Assembly: GCA_902615845.1 (NCBI GenBank)
Contig: CACMQS010000003.1
Location: 62,531-126,530 of the forward strand
From: an uncultured Alphaproteobacteria bacterium
GTDB taxonomy: Bacteria > Pseudomonadota > Alphaproteobacteria > HIMB59 > GCA-002718135
DNA: 64,000 nucleotides
Reading direction: 5' to 3'
Shown: one piece after another, positions 29,533 to 38,925 of the stretch
How positions within the stretch are numbered: position 1 is the stretch's first letter
Layout: each line of letters begins with the position of its first letter
Notes under the pieces: model-generated
What the model was told of the DNA's origin: nothing
The model's database searches: none
Seen by the model: only the letters and a program-made list of their open reading frames with translations
Program-made: the position numbers and the translations under genes

Positions 29533-30639
29533 TTAAATTTTTTTGAAAGTTGTATTATCTATAAAATCCCAATCTAAATCAATGCCAAGACCTGGCTTAG
29601 AAGGTAAATGGGCATAACCGTTTTCGACTTTGATATAATCTTTTAAACCAAAATTGAAATATTCATAAGGAACCAGTACTTCAAAAAATTCAGAATTTTT
29701 TATAGCTGCACAACAATGTAAGTTAACAAGTTCTAAAGGATGATAAATAGCTGTATGAATTTCACACTGAACACCAAAACTTTCTGCTAAGTGTGCTGTT
29801 TTCATTGTAGCTGTAATGCCTCCACTCCATGAAACATCAGCTCTTACCATATCAACAACCCTTGTAGAGATACATTCAGCAACACTGTAAGGGTGTTTTG
29901 CTATAACCTCTGTTCCAATAATAGGAATATCTAATATTCTAGTTAATTCTCTTAGATTATGAAAATTTTCATCAAACAAAGGTTCCTCGTACCAATAATA
30001 ATTTAATTTTTCTAACTCTCTTCCAAAACGTAGAGCTTTTTCAAAAGTATAAGGGGCAACCGGATCACTCATAAGCTTAAATTCATCACCAACTGCTTCA
30101 CGTGTTTTTTTATGAGCTTCCAAATCAAAATCATATTTTCCAGGAGGATGAAGTTTATAAGCATTGAAACCTCTCTTTTTATATTCCAAGGCTTCTTTTG
30201 CGTAAGCATCAGGTGAATCTAAAACTAGAGAACTTCCATAAATTGGAACCTTATCTCTATAAGCGCCTAAATACTTATAAAGAGGTTGGCCTGCTTGCAT
30301 AGATGAGAGAAGCCAACAATTAATATCAAATGGTCCATAACTATATATAGGTGCGTGGTTCCACCATCTGTCTGCGGTTCTGTATTCATGCCAATGTTGT
30401 TCACGATAAAGTGGATCTCTGCCAATAAAAAAAGGTTTAAAAATTGAATTTGCGATTTCACCAGCCATTTCTGCACCCCTCCCTGCGAACCCAAAAGTAG
30501 AGCTAGATAGACCTTCATCAGTGTGAAATGTGATAACTAAGAATTCTAAATCTGATTTTTTCCCATCTCTCATTTCTGAATCTTTCATGACAGGCTCTTT
30601 GTGTCGACACATACGAATTTCAATATCTTTAATTTTCAT
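29533..30639 (-). CDS. Mandelate racemase/muconate lactonizing enzyme family protein, substrate unknown
   Basis: P.YKYLG..RDKVP.Y.S, YKLH, MSD, WYEEP, GTE, GGIT, EIH, PGLG. Confidence 0.88.
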   Translation of the reverse strand: MKIKDIEIRMCRHKEPVMKDSEMRDGKKSDLEFLVITFHTDEGLSSSTFGFAGRGAEMAGEIANSIFKPFFIGRDPLYREQHWHEYRTADRWWNHAPIYSYGPFDINCWLLSSMQAGQPLYKYLGAYRDKVPIYGSSLVLDSPDAYAKEALEYKKRGFNAYKLHPPGKYDFDLEAHKKTREAVGDEFKLMSDPVAPYTFEKALRFGRELEKLNYYWYEEPLFDENFHNLRELTRILDIPIIGTEVIAKHPYSVAECISTRVVDMVRADVSWSGGITATMKTAHLAESFGVQCEIHTAIYHPLELVNLHCCAAIKNSEFFEVLVPYEYFNFGLKDYIKVENGYAHLPSKPGLGIDLDWDFIDNTTFKKI

Positions 30640-31784
30640 GAGATACCAAATTCTTTCATAATACTATTATTGTCATTCCCAATTTTTGGAGCTGCCTTAC
30701 TTGATTTAAAAATCTCTCCATCTATTTTTATTGGGCAACGAAGTGTTTCAATATCAAGTCCATCATCTCTTTTAATTCTCTGAACCATATCGAGGATCTT
30801 GAAACCTTCGTGTTTAACCATTGTTTCCCAATCAAGTACTTTAGCACACCATATATCTGCTGGCTCAAGAATACTCAACCAGTATTCTGTTGTTTGTTTT
30901 TCAATCCAGTCGCCAATATTTTTTTTAATTTCATCTCTTTTTGTGAACCATTCTTTTTGATCATGCAAATCTTTAATTGAATTTAAATCAAGTAATTCAC
31001 CAAGTTGAGGTAGTGGTGTCATTGCAATTGCTATATATCCATTCGATGTTTTATAAATTCCATATGGAGCTGACAGATATGCGTGGGCATTATTATACGA
31101 ACTTCTTTGCGGCTTTCTATTTCCATCATTAAAATATGTCGTAAGAACTTCAAATTGAAAATCTAATAAAGCCTCAACTAAACTTGTTTCTACATGAGAT
31201 CCATTATCCGTTCGAAATCTTTTAATAACCGCTGCTAGTATACCTTCAACTAGTGTATGTCCTGCTAACATGTCAGCAACTGCCAAACCCATTGGGGTTG
31301 GTGCTTCACCTCCATTACCATTTAACCAAACTAAACCTGTTCTAGATTGCGCTAATAAATCTTGTCCAGGTAATGAACTCCAAGGTCCATGAGATCCGTA
31401 ACCAGAAATAGTTCCATAAACTATTTTTGGATTTATTTTTTTTACATTTTTATAATCCAAACCAATACGTTCTATTACTCCTGGTCTAAAATTTTGTGTA
31501 ACTATATCTGCCTTCTCAATTAATTTCTTTACTAACTCGATGTCTTTGGCATCTTTTAAATTTGCTGCAAAGCTTTCCTTATTTCTATTAATTGCATGAA
31601 ATAAAGTGCTATCACCTTCGAGATCAGTATCACTGATATATAAGTTTCTACACAGATCCCCAACTTCTGGTCTTTCAATTTTAATAACTCTTGCTCCTAA
31701 ATCAGCAAGTCTTAAACCTGCATATGGCCCTGATAAAAACTGGCTAAATTCTAATACAGTTAATCCTTCTAACGGTTTAGTCAT
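30636..31784 (-). CDS. Family III CoA-transferase (CaiB/BaiF)
   Basis: PLEGLTVLE, SGP.A...LADLGARVIKIE, NRNKES, NFRPG, ISGYG, GQD. Confidence 0.92.
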   Translation of the reverse strand: MTKPLEGLTVLEFSQFLSGPYAGLRLADLGARVIKIERPEVGDLCRNLYISDTDLEGDSTLFHAINRNKESFAANLKDAKDIELVKKLIEKADIVTQNFRPGVIERIGLDYKNVKKINPKIVYGTISGYGSHGPWSSLPGQDLLAQSRTGLVWLNGNGGEAPTPMGLAVADMLAGHTLVEGILAAVIKRFRTDNGSHVETSLVEALLDFQFEVLTTYFNDGNRKPQRSSYNNAHAYLSAPYGIYKTSNGYIAIAMTPLPQLGELLDLNSIKDLHDQKEWFTKRDEIKKNIGDWIEKQTTEYWLSILEPADIWCAKVLDWETMVKHEGFKILDMVQRIKRDDGLDIETLRCPIKIDGEIFKSSKAAPKIGNDNNSIMKEFGIS

Positions 31785-31792
31785 ACAATAAT

Positions 31793-32925
31793 TTATTCTT
31801 TGAAACTCTTATTGTACATATCAGATAATTTTTCACAAATACTTTCAGCTGAAATTTCTGTTTGTAGATATTCATTAATGAGATCGCCACTTTTGTCCTG
31901 AAATTCCATATAACCATTATGCCTTGGTCTTACCCATGCCAAATCAAGAGTTTTTCGAGTTGCTTTAAAAAAATTGTTAGTTTCTAGATTTATCTTTTCA
32001 TCCTCCCAAGCTTCAGAATTTCCTGGCTGTCCACCACTTTGGTAAAAAAGTGACTTTTGACATTCAGCACCTGCTATCCAAAATGCATATTCAATTGCTA
32101 GATCTTTATTCTTACTAACATTTGATACTGCTATACCAGTGCCACCTAAATGTGTTCCTGATGGACCCTTGCCTGATAAATCTAAAACATCGATATATTT
32201 CAAAATATTTTTTCTATAATTATTTCTCGAGTAATTTGAAAATCCATAAATGTATGGGCAATAATAAAAATCATTTGTCTCTGTCATGAGTTCAGCAGTT
32301 TGGATTGGATCCATACTTAAACAATCATTGATTATTTCTTTGGATACAGCTTTCATCATTGTAAGGGTTTTAACACCAGCATCTGTATTAATGAAATTTT
32401 TTTCTTCTGGGATTAATTCTTCAGTAATGTTGTTATAAATACTATAAAACTACTTATTGCATGAACTGGTTTTAAAGGCCAAAGAACTTTTCTCTCTTTT
32501 GCTAATGAAAGAAGATCATCCCATTTAGATGGAAGTGCTCTAACTAAATCTTCTCTGTAACAGGCGGTCTGTGAGGCAGCATCTATTGCAAGAGCCCATT
32601 GTTTATTGTCTATAAAATAACTCTCATGCGATTTTCCAACTGATTGCTTTTTTAAATCGTTTAATTGAGATTGATATTCATTGAGATTTAAGTTTTGTAA
32701 AAGTCCTTTATGAGCTACTTCACCGACATGAGGATAGTCTATTACTATCAAATCATAATCATCGGTCATGTCTTCAATAGGTCTATCTGCAAATGCTTGT
32801 AATGGTCTTTTATCCCATTCAATTGAAACTTTATTATTATGAATTTCCTGAAATTTTTTAGATGTAACAACCATTGGGTCAAAACCTCTAGAATGATCCC
32901 AAGTCATCCCCTTTAAGTTAATCAT
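31793..32925 (-). pseudogene. SBP-fold (SBP_bac_1-like) protein lacking a signal peptide, split by a 1-nt frameshift (pseudogene or sequencing error)
   Basis: ORFs 32413..32925 and 31793..32359 join if one T is added to the T4 run (plus-strand A4 at 32446-32449): ...HAISSFYSIYNNITEELIPEEKNFINTDAGVKTLTMMKAVS...; motifs LKGMTWDH.RG, DLIVIDYPH, LGGTGIAVS. Confidence 0.8.
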
Positions 32926-33485
32926 TTTTTTTCGTATTTATCTTTAAAGTCTTCTGGTTTTTTATATAAAACTGAATGTAGGTGCTCACAATATAGAACG
33001 ATTTCGCCTTCACCTTTAAAAACTTCATAACTGGTTCTAACTAAACCCATTTTTTCATATTTTGGTTTTTTTTCCATATTAGTTCTGATTGTATAAATTG
33101 TATCTCCAATAAAAACTGGTTTGATGAATCTTAAACGGTCATATCCATAACTAAAAGAGTTTACACAGTTAGTTGCAACTAAACCTAATCCATAAGAAAA
33201 AACCATTGCTCCTGCTACTAATCTTTTTTGGAACATTCCTTCATTTTTGGCAAAATGTTCGTCGCCTACATATGGATGCATATCTAAAACCATACAATTA
33301 AATTGCATGGCCTCTCCTTCAGATATTGTTCGGCGAAGAGATCTAATTTTATGACCGACAATAACATCTTCATAAAACCAGTTTTCAGAATTCCATACTG
33401 GAATTTCTCCATGCTCATTAGGCATATCTTTTGGAAAGGTTGACTCAATTCCAACAGTGTTTTCAAATTTATTATCTTTATTCAT
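32922..33485 (-). CDS. MaoC-family (hotdog-fold) dehydratase
   Basis: [34 protein letters not shown]. Confidence 0.88.
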   Translation of the reverse strand: MNKDNKFENTVGIESTFPKDMPNEHGEIPVWNSENWFYEDVIVGHKIRSLRRTISEGEAMQFNCMVLDMHPYVGDEHFAKNEGMFQKRLVAGAMVFSYGLGLVATNCVNSFSYGYDRLRFIKPVFIGDTIYTIRTNMEKKPKYEKMGLVRTSYEVFKGEGEIVLYCEHLHSVLYKKPEDFKDKYEKK

Positions 33486-33533
33486 TTTTACAATTATGCT
33501 ACCTTATTATAGGGAAATATTTATTCAATAGAA

Positions 33534-33983
33534 ATGGTAGAAATAGAACAATTCTTCGAAGACTATGAACTTGGTGCTGAAAGAGTCACCGTTGGCAGAA
33601 CTATAACTGAAACTGATATTGTAATGCACGCAATGCACTCTGGAGACTTTTACCCTCATCACACTGATGCAGAGTTTGCTAAAAAGGGTCCATTTGGTCA
33701 ACGAATAGCACAATTTAGTTGTACTTTTTCGATAGGTATCGCACTTACAGCTTCGATAGTTAACAAGCGAGCATTCACCTATGGATTTGAAAGACTTCGT
33801 TTTCCTAATCCTGTTTTTATAGGTGATACAATTCACACTAAGGTTACAATTAAAGAAAAAAAAGATGATCCAAAAAGACCTCAATATGGTCAGGTTAATG
33901 AAGCGTGTGAAATTCTAAATCAAAATGACAAATGTGTTTGTTATTCTGAACATATACTTTTGGTTGAAAGAAAAATTACTTAA
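33534..33983 (+). CDS. MaoC-family (hotdog-fold) dehydratase
   Basis: [45 protein letters not shown]. Confidence 0.9.
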   Translation: MVEIEQFFEDYELGAERVTVGRTITETDIVMHAMHSGDFYPHHTDAEFAKKGPFGQRIAQFSCTFSIGIALTASIVNKRAFTYGFERLRFPNPVFIGDTIHTKVTIKEKKDDPKRPQYGQVNEACEILNQNDKCVCYSEHILLVERKIT

Positions 33984-34636
33984 AAAACGCTATACTTAAT
34001 ATACGCTTCTTGTGGATCCATTCCTTCTCTAATAGCTTTTCTAACTTGGCTTTCAGTATTAATTAATTTTTCTGATTTTTCCAAAATATCTATTACCTTA
34101 TCTTGGGGAATAATAATAACACCATCAATATCTGCCATTACATAATCACCGTTATGTATTTCCACATCTCCAATTTTAATAGTTTCTTCAAATTTAGTAG
34201 GCTTCCAATAAGCAACGACATCTTTAGGCGTATAAAATTTCGACCAAACAGGAAAATCGATTTTGTTTATAAATTCTAAATCTCTACACCCGCCATCAGC
34301 AATGTAGCCTCTAATATTTTTCTTTTGTAAAGTTTCGGCACTCAACTCACCCATTAAAGCTATATTATTATCGTTTGGTTGACAGATAAGAACTTTATCT
34401 GATGGAGCCTTAGATAAAAGACCAGTCCAAGCAAGGAGTGTTTCGTGATGAGAGAAACCAGTATTTGATTCCCCTTCAATAGTAAAAATTTGCCCTGCGA
34501 TTTTGTGTTTTTCCTTATTAGGTTTAATATTTGGATTTAAAACAAAATTTTTAAATCCATCATCTCTCATGACATCATGGATAACACTACTAAAACATTT
34601 TGATAATCTATCTGAAATTTCAGTAGAACTTGTCAT
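33980..34636 (-). CDS. RraA-family protein / HMG-CHA aldolase-like
   Basis: V.DVM, ALMGELSA, DGGCRD, FPVW, GDYVMADIDGV. Confidence 0.87.
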   Translation of the reverse strand: MTSSTEISDRLSKCFSSVIHDVMRDDGFKNFVLNPNIKPNKEKHKIAGQIFTIEGESNTGFSHHETLLAWTGLLSKAPSDKVLICQPNDNNIALMGELSAETLQKKNIRGYIADGGCRDLEFINKIDFPVWSKFYTPKDVVAYWKPTKFEETIKIGDVEIHNGDYVMADIDGVIIIPQDKVIDILEKSEKLINTESQVRKAIREGMDPQEAYIKYSVF

Positions 34637-35727
34637 ATTGCTAAGCCGCTATTCTCATCGAATAAATATGTTCTATTTAAATTTAAAGCAAAATCTAAAA
34701 CATCATTTGATTTAACTTGTTCTGGTGTAAACATTCTACTAACTATTTCTATTTCACCAAAGTTTGTAAAAATCAAAGTTTCAGTTCCAAGTGGTTCTGC
34801 TAGATTAACCGATGATTGCATTTCCCAAGCACTAGATGGTTTTTGTCCAAATTTTAGTGGCACTATATCTTCAGCTCTAAACCCAAAAGAAATATTTTGA
34901 CCTTCACTTACAGAATTTTGTTTATCTTTAGGCACTGGTACTATAATTCCGTCGTTTGTCTTCATCAATAATTCATTATTTTGTTTCACTATTGAAGCCT
35001 TAATCATATTCATGGAAGGAGATCCAATAAAAGTGGCTACAAATTTTGTAGCTGGTCTCTCAAATAGGTCTAATGGTGTTCCTATTTGTTCAATTATACC
35101 ATCTTTCATAATTACAATTCGATCAGCTAAAGTCATTGCTTCAACTTGATCGTGCGTAACGTAGACAATTGTTGTTGATACTTTTTGATGTAATCTTTTA
35201 ATTTCTGTCCTCATTTGATTTCTTAATTTTGCATCTAAATTAGATAAAGGTTCATCAAATAAAAAAACATCTGGTCTTCTTACAATTGCTCTTCCCATTG
35301 CAACTCTTTGTCTTTGACCACCTGATAATTGCGAAGGTTTTCTTTGTAAAAATTCAGTTATATCTAAAATTCCTGCAGCCTCGTGTACTCTTTCTTCAAT
35401 TTCTTTTTTAGCAAGTCCCGCAATCTTTAATGAAAATCCTAAATTTTCTTCTACTGTCATATGAGGATAAAGAGCATAGTTTTGAAACACCATCGAAACA
35501 TTTCTTTCTCTAGGTTCAAGATTATTCATTTCTTTGTCACCAATATTGATAATACCCTCATCTATTTCCTCTAATCCTGCAATCATTCTTAGAGAAGATG
35601 ATTTTCCACAACCTGATGGTCCAACTAGAACTAAGAATTCTTTATCAATAATTTCTAGATCAATTTTTTTTACTGCTTGAACTTTTCCGTAAAATTTTGA
35701 GACACCTTGTAAGCTAACTTTTGCCAT
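34633..35727 (-). CDS. Carbohydrate ABC ATP-binding protein (MalK/UgpC family)
   Basis: GPSGCGKS, VFQNYALYPHM, LSGGQRQR, DEPLSNLD; start moved to ATG 35727 (TAATG overlap). Confidence 0.93.
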   Translation of the reverse strand: MAKVSLQGVSKFYGKVQAVKKIDLEIIDKEFLVLVGPSGCGKSSSLRMIAGLEEIDEGIINIGDKEMNNLEPRERNVSMVFQNYALYPHMTVEENLGFSLKIAGLAKKEIEERVHEAAGILDITEFLQRKPSQLSGGQRQRVAMGRAIVRRPDVFLFDEPLSNLDAKLRNQMRTEIKRLHQKVSTTIVYVTHDQVEAMTLADRIVIMKDGIIEQIGTPLDLFERPATKFVATFIGSPSMNMIKASIVKQNNELLMKTNDGIIVPVPKDKQNSVSEGQNISFGFRAEDIVPLKFGQKPSSAWEMQSSVNLAEPLGTETLIFTNFGEIEIVSRMFTPEQVKSNDVLDFALNLNRTYLFDENSGLAI

Positions 35728-36587
35728 TATCCTTTTACTCCTCCAAATGTTAATCCTGTTACTAAATGCTTTTGAACCATAAAGGTTAAGATTAATGCTG
35801 GAATAATTATAAAAACTGCGAGAGCGCACATACCAGGCCAATTTATTGTGAATTGCGCAGTAAAATCCATAAGCCCAACAGTTAATGTTTTTGAATCTGT
35901 ACTTCTCGCTAGATTTGACACTAGTGCATATTCATTCCATGAAATTAAAAATGCAAATATTCCAGCAGATGCTATTCCTGATCGTGATAGTGGTAACTCT
36001 ATATGCCAAAAAGCTTGAAGTTTAGTACACCCATCTGTCATTGCTACTTCTGACATCGCTCTTGGAATTTGTCTAAAAAAACCATCAGTTAACCAAATTG
36101 TAAATGGAATATTTAAAGCAACAAAAACTAATATAATTCCTATATGTGTATCGATTAAACCAATTTTTGAAAATATAATAAAGATAGGTAAACTTAAAGA
36201 TATGCCAGGAATTGTTCTAGTTAACATAATTAATAAAAAATATTTATTTTTGTGCTTAAAATTATGTCTCGCAAAACCATAACCTCCTATTGTGCCCACT
36301 AACACTGCTATAAAAGTACTTGTAAAAGAAATTATAAGTGAATTTCGTAAATAACTTAAAACAGGGATAGGACTTCTACCCATTGATCCTTCGGAACCAC
36401 CAAAGAGCATAGTTTCAAATTGAATTAAATTTAAATTACGCGGTATCCAAACAGCAGGTTTTGCCATAACATCTACTTGAGGTCTAAATGCTGTAAGCAC
36501 TACCCACAAGCCAGGAGTCATAATTAGAATTATTAAAACAATGGCTGAAAACCAAATTAGAATATTATTGATTTGTTTTTTATTCAT
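35727..36587 (-). CDS. Carbohydrate ABC permease (MalG-like)
   Basis: NSLII, EVAMTDGC EAA-like loop, FLISWNEY. Confidence 0.9.
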   Translation of the reverse strand: MNKKQINNILIWFSAIVLIILIMTPGLWVVLTAFRPQVDVMAKPAVWIPRNLNLIQFETMLFGGSEGSMGRSPIPVLSYLRNSLIISFTSTFIAVLVGTIGGYGFARHNFKHKNKYFLLIMLTRTIPGISLSLPIFIIFSKIGLIDTHIGIILVFVALNIPFTIWLTDGFFRQIPRAMSEVAMTDGCTKLQAFWHIELPLSRSGIASAGIFAFLISWNEYALVSNLARSTDSKTLTVGLMDFTAQFTINWPGMCALAVFIIIPALILTFMVQKHLVTGLTFGGVKG

Positions 36588-37467
36588 AACTTAACCTCTG
36601 CCTTGCCTCTATTAATTTGTAAAAAAAGAAAAAAGTAAATGCAATCGAAAGAAAAATTGAAATATATGACATTGCATTAGCCATTCCCATCTTAGCATCT
36701 ACGTATCCAGTTCTCGAAATTAAAGTCCATAGTAATTCTGTTCTTTTAGCAGGACCGCCACCAGTCATCATCTGAACAATATCATAAGCTCTTGCAACAT
36801 CTAATGATCTGATTGTCATAGCAATAAATACGAAAGGCATCAAAAAAGGTAATGTGATATTTTTAAATACTTGCCATGAGTTGCATCCATCAACTTTGGC
36901 AGCCTCAATAGGGTCTTTAGGTATACCCAATAAACCTGCTAATAATAAAATAGCAAATACTGAAGTACTTGACCAAATTTCAGCAGCCATTATTGAAACG
37001 TTTGCTAAAATGCCATCAACAAGCCATGGTATTGGTTGTATGACTCCAAACTCTCTCAAAAAATTATTCATTAAACCAATATTGTCATTAAAAATGTACT
37101 TCCATTGAAATCCAACTAGAATTGGAGAAAACATCATTGGAAACATCATTAGTGTTCTCAATGTTCTCTGTCCGTATGTAATTTTATTTATTAACAGTGC
37201 TATTCCTAGACCGAAAACTAATTCTAAATTAAGAGCAATAGCTAAAAATAAAACTGTTCTTCCAAAAGCTATCCAAAAATCAAGATCTCCAATTAATCTT
37301 TCGTAATTTCTAAATCCAACAAAACGATAAAGAGTATCGGGTTTTGTTAACTTAAAAGGTGTAAAACTTGTCCATAAAGATAGGAGCAATGGTAATAAAA
37401 CAACACAAGTAAGTATTATTAAAGTGGGCATTAGTAAAACCCATGGTCCGTTTAGAAATTTTCTCAT
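36580..37467 (-). CDS. Carbohydrate ABC permease (MalF-like)
   Basis: FVGFRNY, EAAKVDG, MTGGGP. Confidence 0.9.
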   Translation of the reverse strand: MRKFLNGPWVLLMPTLIILTCVVLLPLLLSLWTSFTPFKLTKPDTLYRFVGFRNYERLIGDLDFWIAFGRTVLFLAIALNLELVFGLGIALLINKITYGQRTLRTLMMFPMMFSPILVGFQWKYIFNDNIGLMNNFLREFGVIQPIPWLVDGILANVSIMAAEIWSSTSVFAILLLAGLLGIPKDPIEAAKVDGCNSWQVFKNITLPFLMPFVFIAMTIRSLDVARAYDIVQMMTGGGPAKRTELLWTLISRTGYVDAKMGMANAMSYISIFLSIAFTFFFFYKLIEARQRLSYE

Positions 37468-37480
37468 GATAGATATAGAA

Positions 37481-37505
37481 ACCTAGCTCTTGTAAAGAGC
37501 TAGGT
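37481..37505 (-). terminator. Hairpin after SBP gene (mRNA stability or weak terminator)
   Basis: ACCTAGCTCTT-GTA-AAGAGCTAGGT; only a short U-tract. Confidence 0.6.
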
Positions 37506-37518
37506 ATTTTATTAATTG

Positions 37519-38847
37519 TTAGAAGTAACCAGCGTCTTCCATAATTTCAGTTGCTTTCTTAGAAGCAGTAGCAAGCGCATCTTCAGGAGATTTGTCCCCA
37601 AGAATAGCTGCTTGAAGTTCTGGATATAGAGCGTTAGTGAATTCAATCCACTCAGGAATTAGTGGTGGAGTGAATGCATCTTCTGCTAATGACATTTTGA
37701 AAGTTTCAAATACCATTAACATAAACTCATCACCTTCAGCTTTCTTCTCAGCAATAATTGCGTCCCAAATAGCTGGACGAGTTGGTGATAGCCCACCTCT
37801 TGCTTCAATCATTTGTGCTTTATTACTTGTTAAAGCCCATAAGAAAGATGCAGCTGCTTCTTTATCCGGACATGACTCTGTCATTGAGAAAGAGTGTGAT
37901 CCTGACCAACCAGTTCTTAAACCACCAGAACCCATTGGAGCACGTACAAGTCCAATATCACCAGCAACTTTTGAGTTTTCTGGATCATTAAAGAAACCTG
38001 CCCATCCTGCCCAGTCAAGATTCATAGCAATTGTTCCACTGGCAAAACCTAAACCAGTGTCATCCCAAAGATAGTTTAAAACACCATCAGGAACTGCTTT
38101 TGCATTATACAAATCAATGAACCATTGAAGAGCTTCAACACCTGCAGGAGAATTGAATATTGGACGATAATCTTCGTCAAATAATGCTCCACCATTTGCA
38201 ATTACTAGCTCATAGAAACGACCTGCTATCGCTTCTTCTTTACCAACATATTGAGTTCCGTAGAAATCAGGTGGGTTTGAGAAAAAGATAGCTTGATCTT
38301 TAACTTGATCCCAAGTTTCAGGTGGTGTTAAATCATAGCCATACTTTGCTTTAAAGTTAGCTTTGTTATCAGCATCTTCATATAAACTTTTTTGATAATA
38401 TAAATTACTAACATCACTGTGTCTTGGCATTTGCACTAATCTTCCATCAACAGTAGAGTGCTCTAAAATTAATGGTGTATAATCTGCTAAAACAGATGCA
38501 GGCATAATATTATTTAAGTCTGTGTAAATATTGCCATATTGAGATGCAAAACTTGTGTGGTTAGACGCTACACAAAAATCTAAATTGCCTGAAGCAATAT
38601 CTTTCTTAATCTCTTTGTCTAATTCAAAGTGATTTTTTTGTGTTACGATTTCAATTTTTCCACCCGTGTTTTCTTCCCACCATGGAATTACTTCGTTGTA
38701 TAATCCTTCGTATTGACCTCCGCCGATCAGTTTAACTCTTAGAGTTACACCAGAAAAATCTCCCCATAATTCAGTTTCTGCTTTAGCTGAAAAAGAACCA
38801 AAAAAAGATACGGCAAGAACCAATGATAAAAATAATCTTAACATCAT
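37519..38847 (-). CDS. Carbohydrate ABC solute-binding protein (CUT1)
   Basis: Signal peptide (AKA), LYYQK.L, PPETWD, upstream of permeases; strong SD. Confidence 0.9.
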   Translation of the reverse strand: MMLRLFLSLVLAVSFFGSFSAKAETELWGDFSGVTLRVKLIGGGQYEGLYNEVIPWWEENTGGKIEIVTQKNHFELDKEIKKDIASGNLDFCVASNHTSFASQYGNIYTDLNNIMPASVLADYTPLILEHSTVDGRLVQMPRHSDVSNLYYQKSLYEDADNKANFKAKYGYDLTPPETWDQVKDQAIFFSNPPDFYGTQYVGKEEAIAGRFYELVIANGGALFDEDYRPIFNSPAGVEALQWFIDLYNAKAVPDGVLNYLWDDTGLGFASGTIAMNLDWAGWAGFFNDPENSKVAGDIGLVRAPMGSGGLRTGWSGSHSFSMTESCPDKEAAASFLWALTSNKAQMIEARGGLSPTRPAIWDAIIAEKKAEGDEFMLMVFETFKMSLAEDAFTPPLIPEWIEFTNALYPELQAAILGDKSPEDALATASKKATEIMEDAGYF

Positions 38848-38925
38848 TCCTCCATAAATTTGTTAATTAATATTACCATGTTGCAATTATTTGGTAAAAA
38901 TACAATAACTTTAGGGAAAATTTTT

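Noticed and set aside
35728..35841. N-terminal extensions in the ORF track (also 9312-9395, 20378-20401, 27496-27507, 51149-51172)
   Set aside because: They overlap upstream genes; internal ATGs with ATGA/TAATG coupling or better family starts fit better
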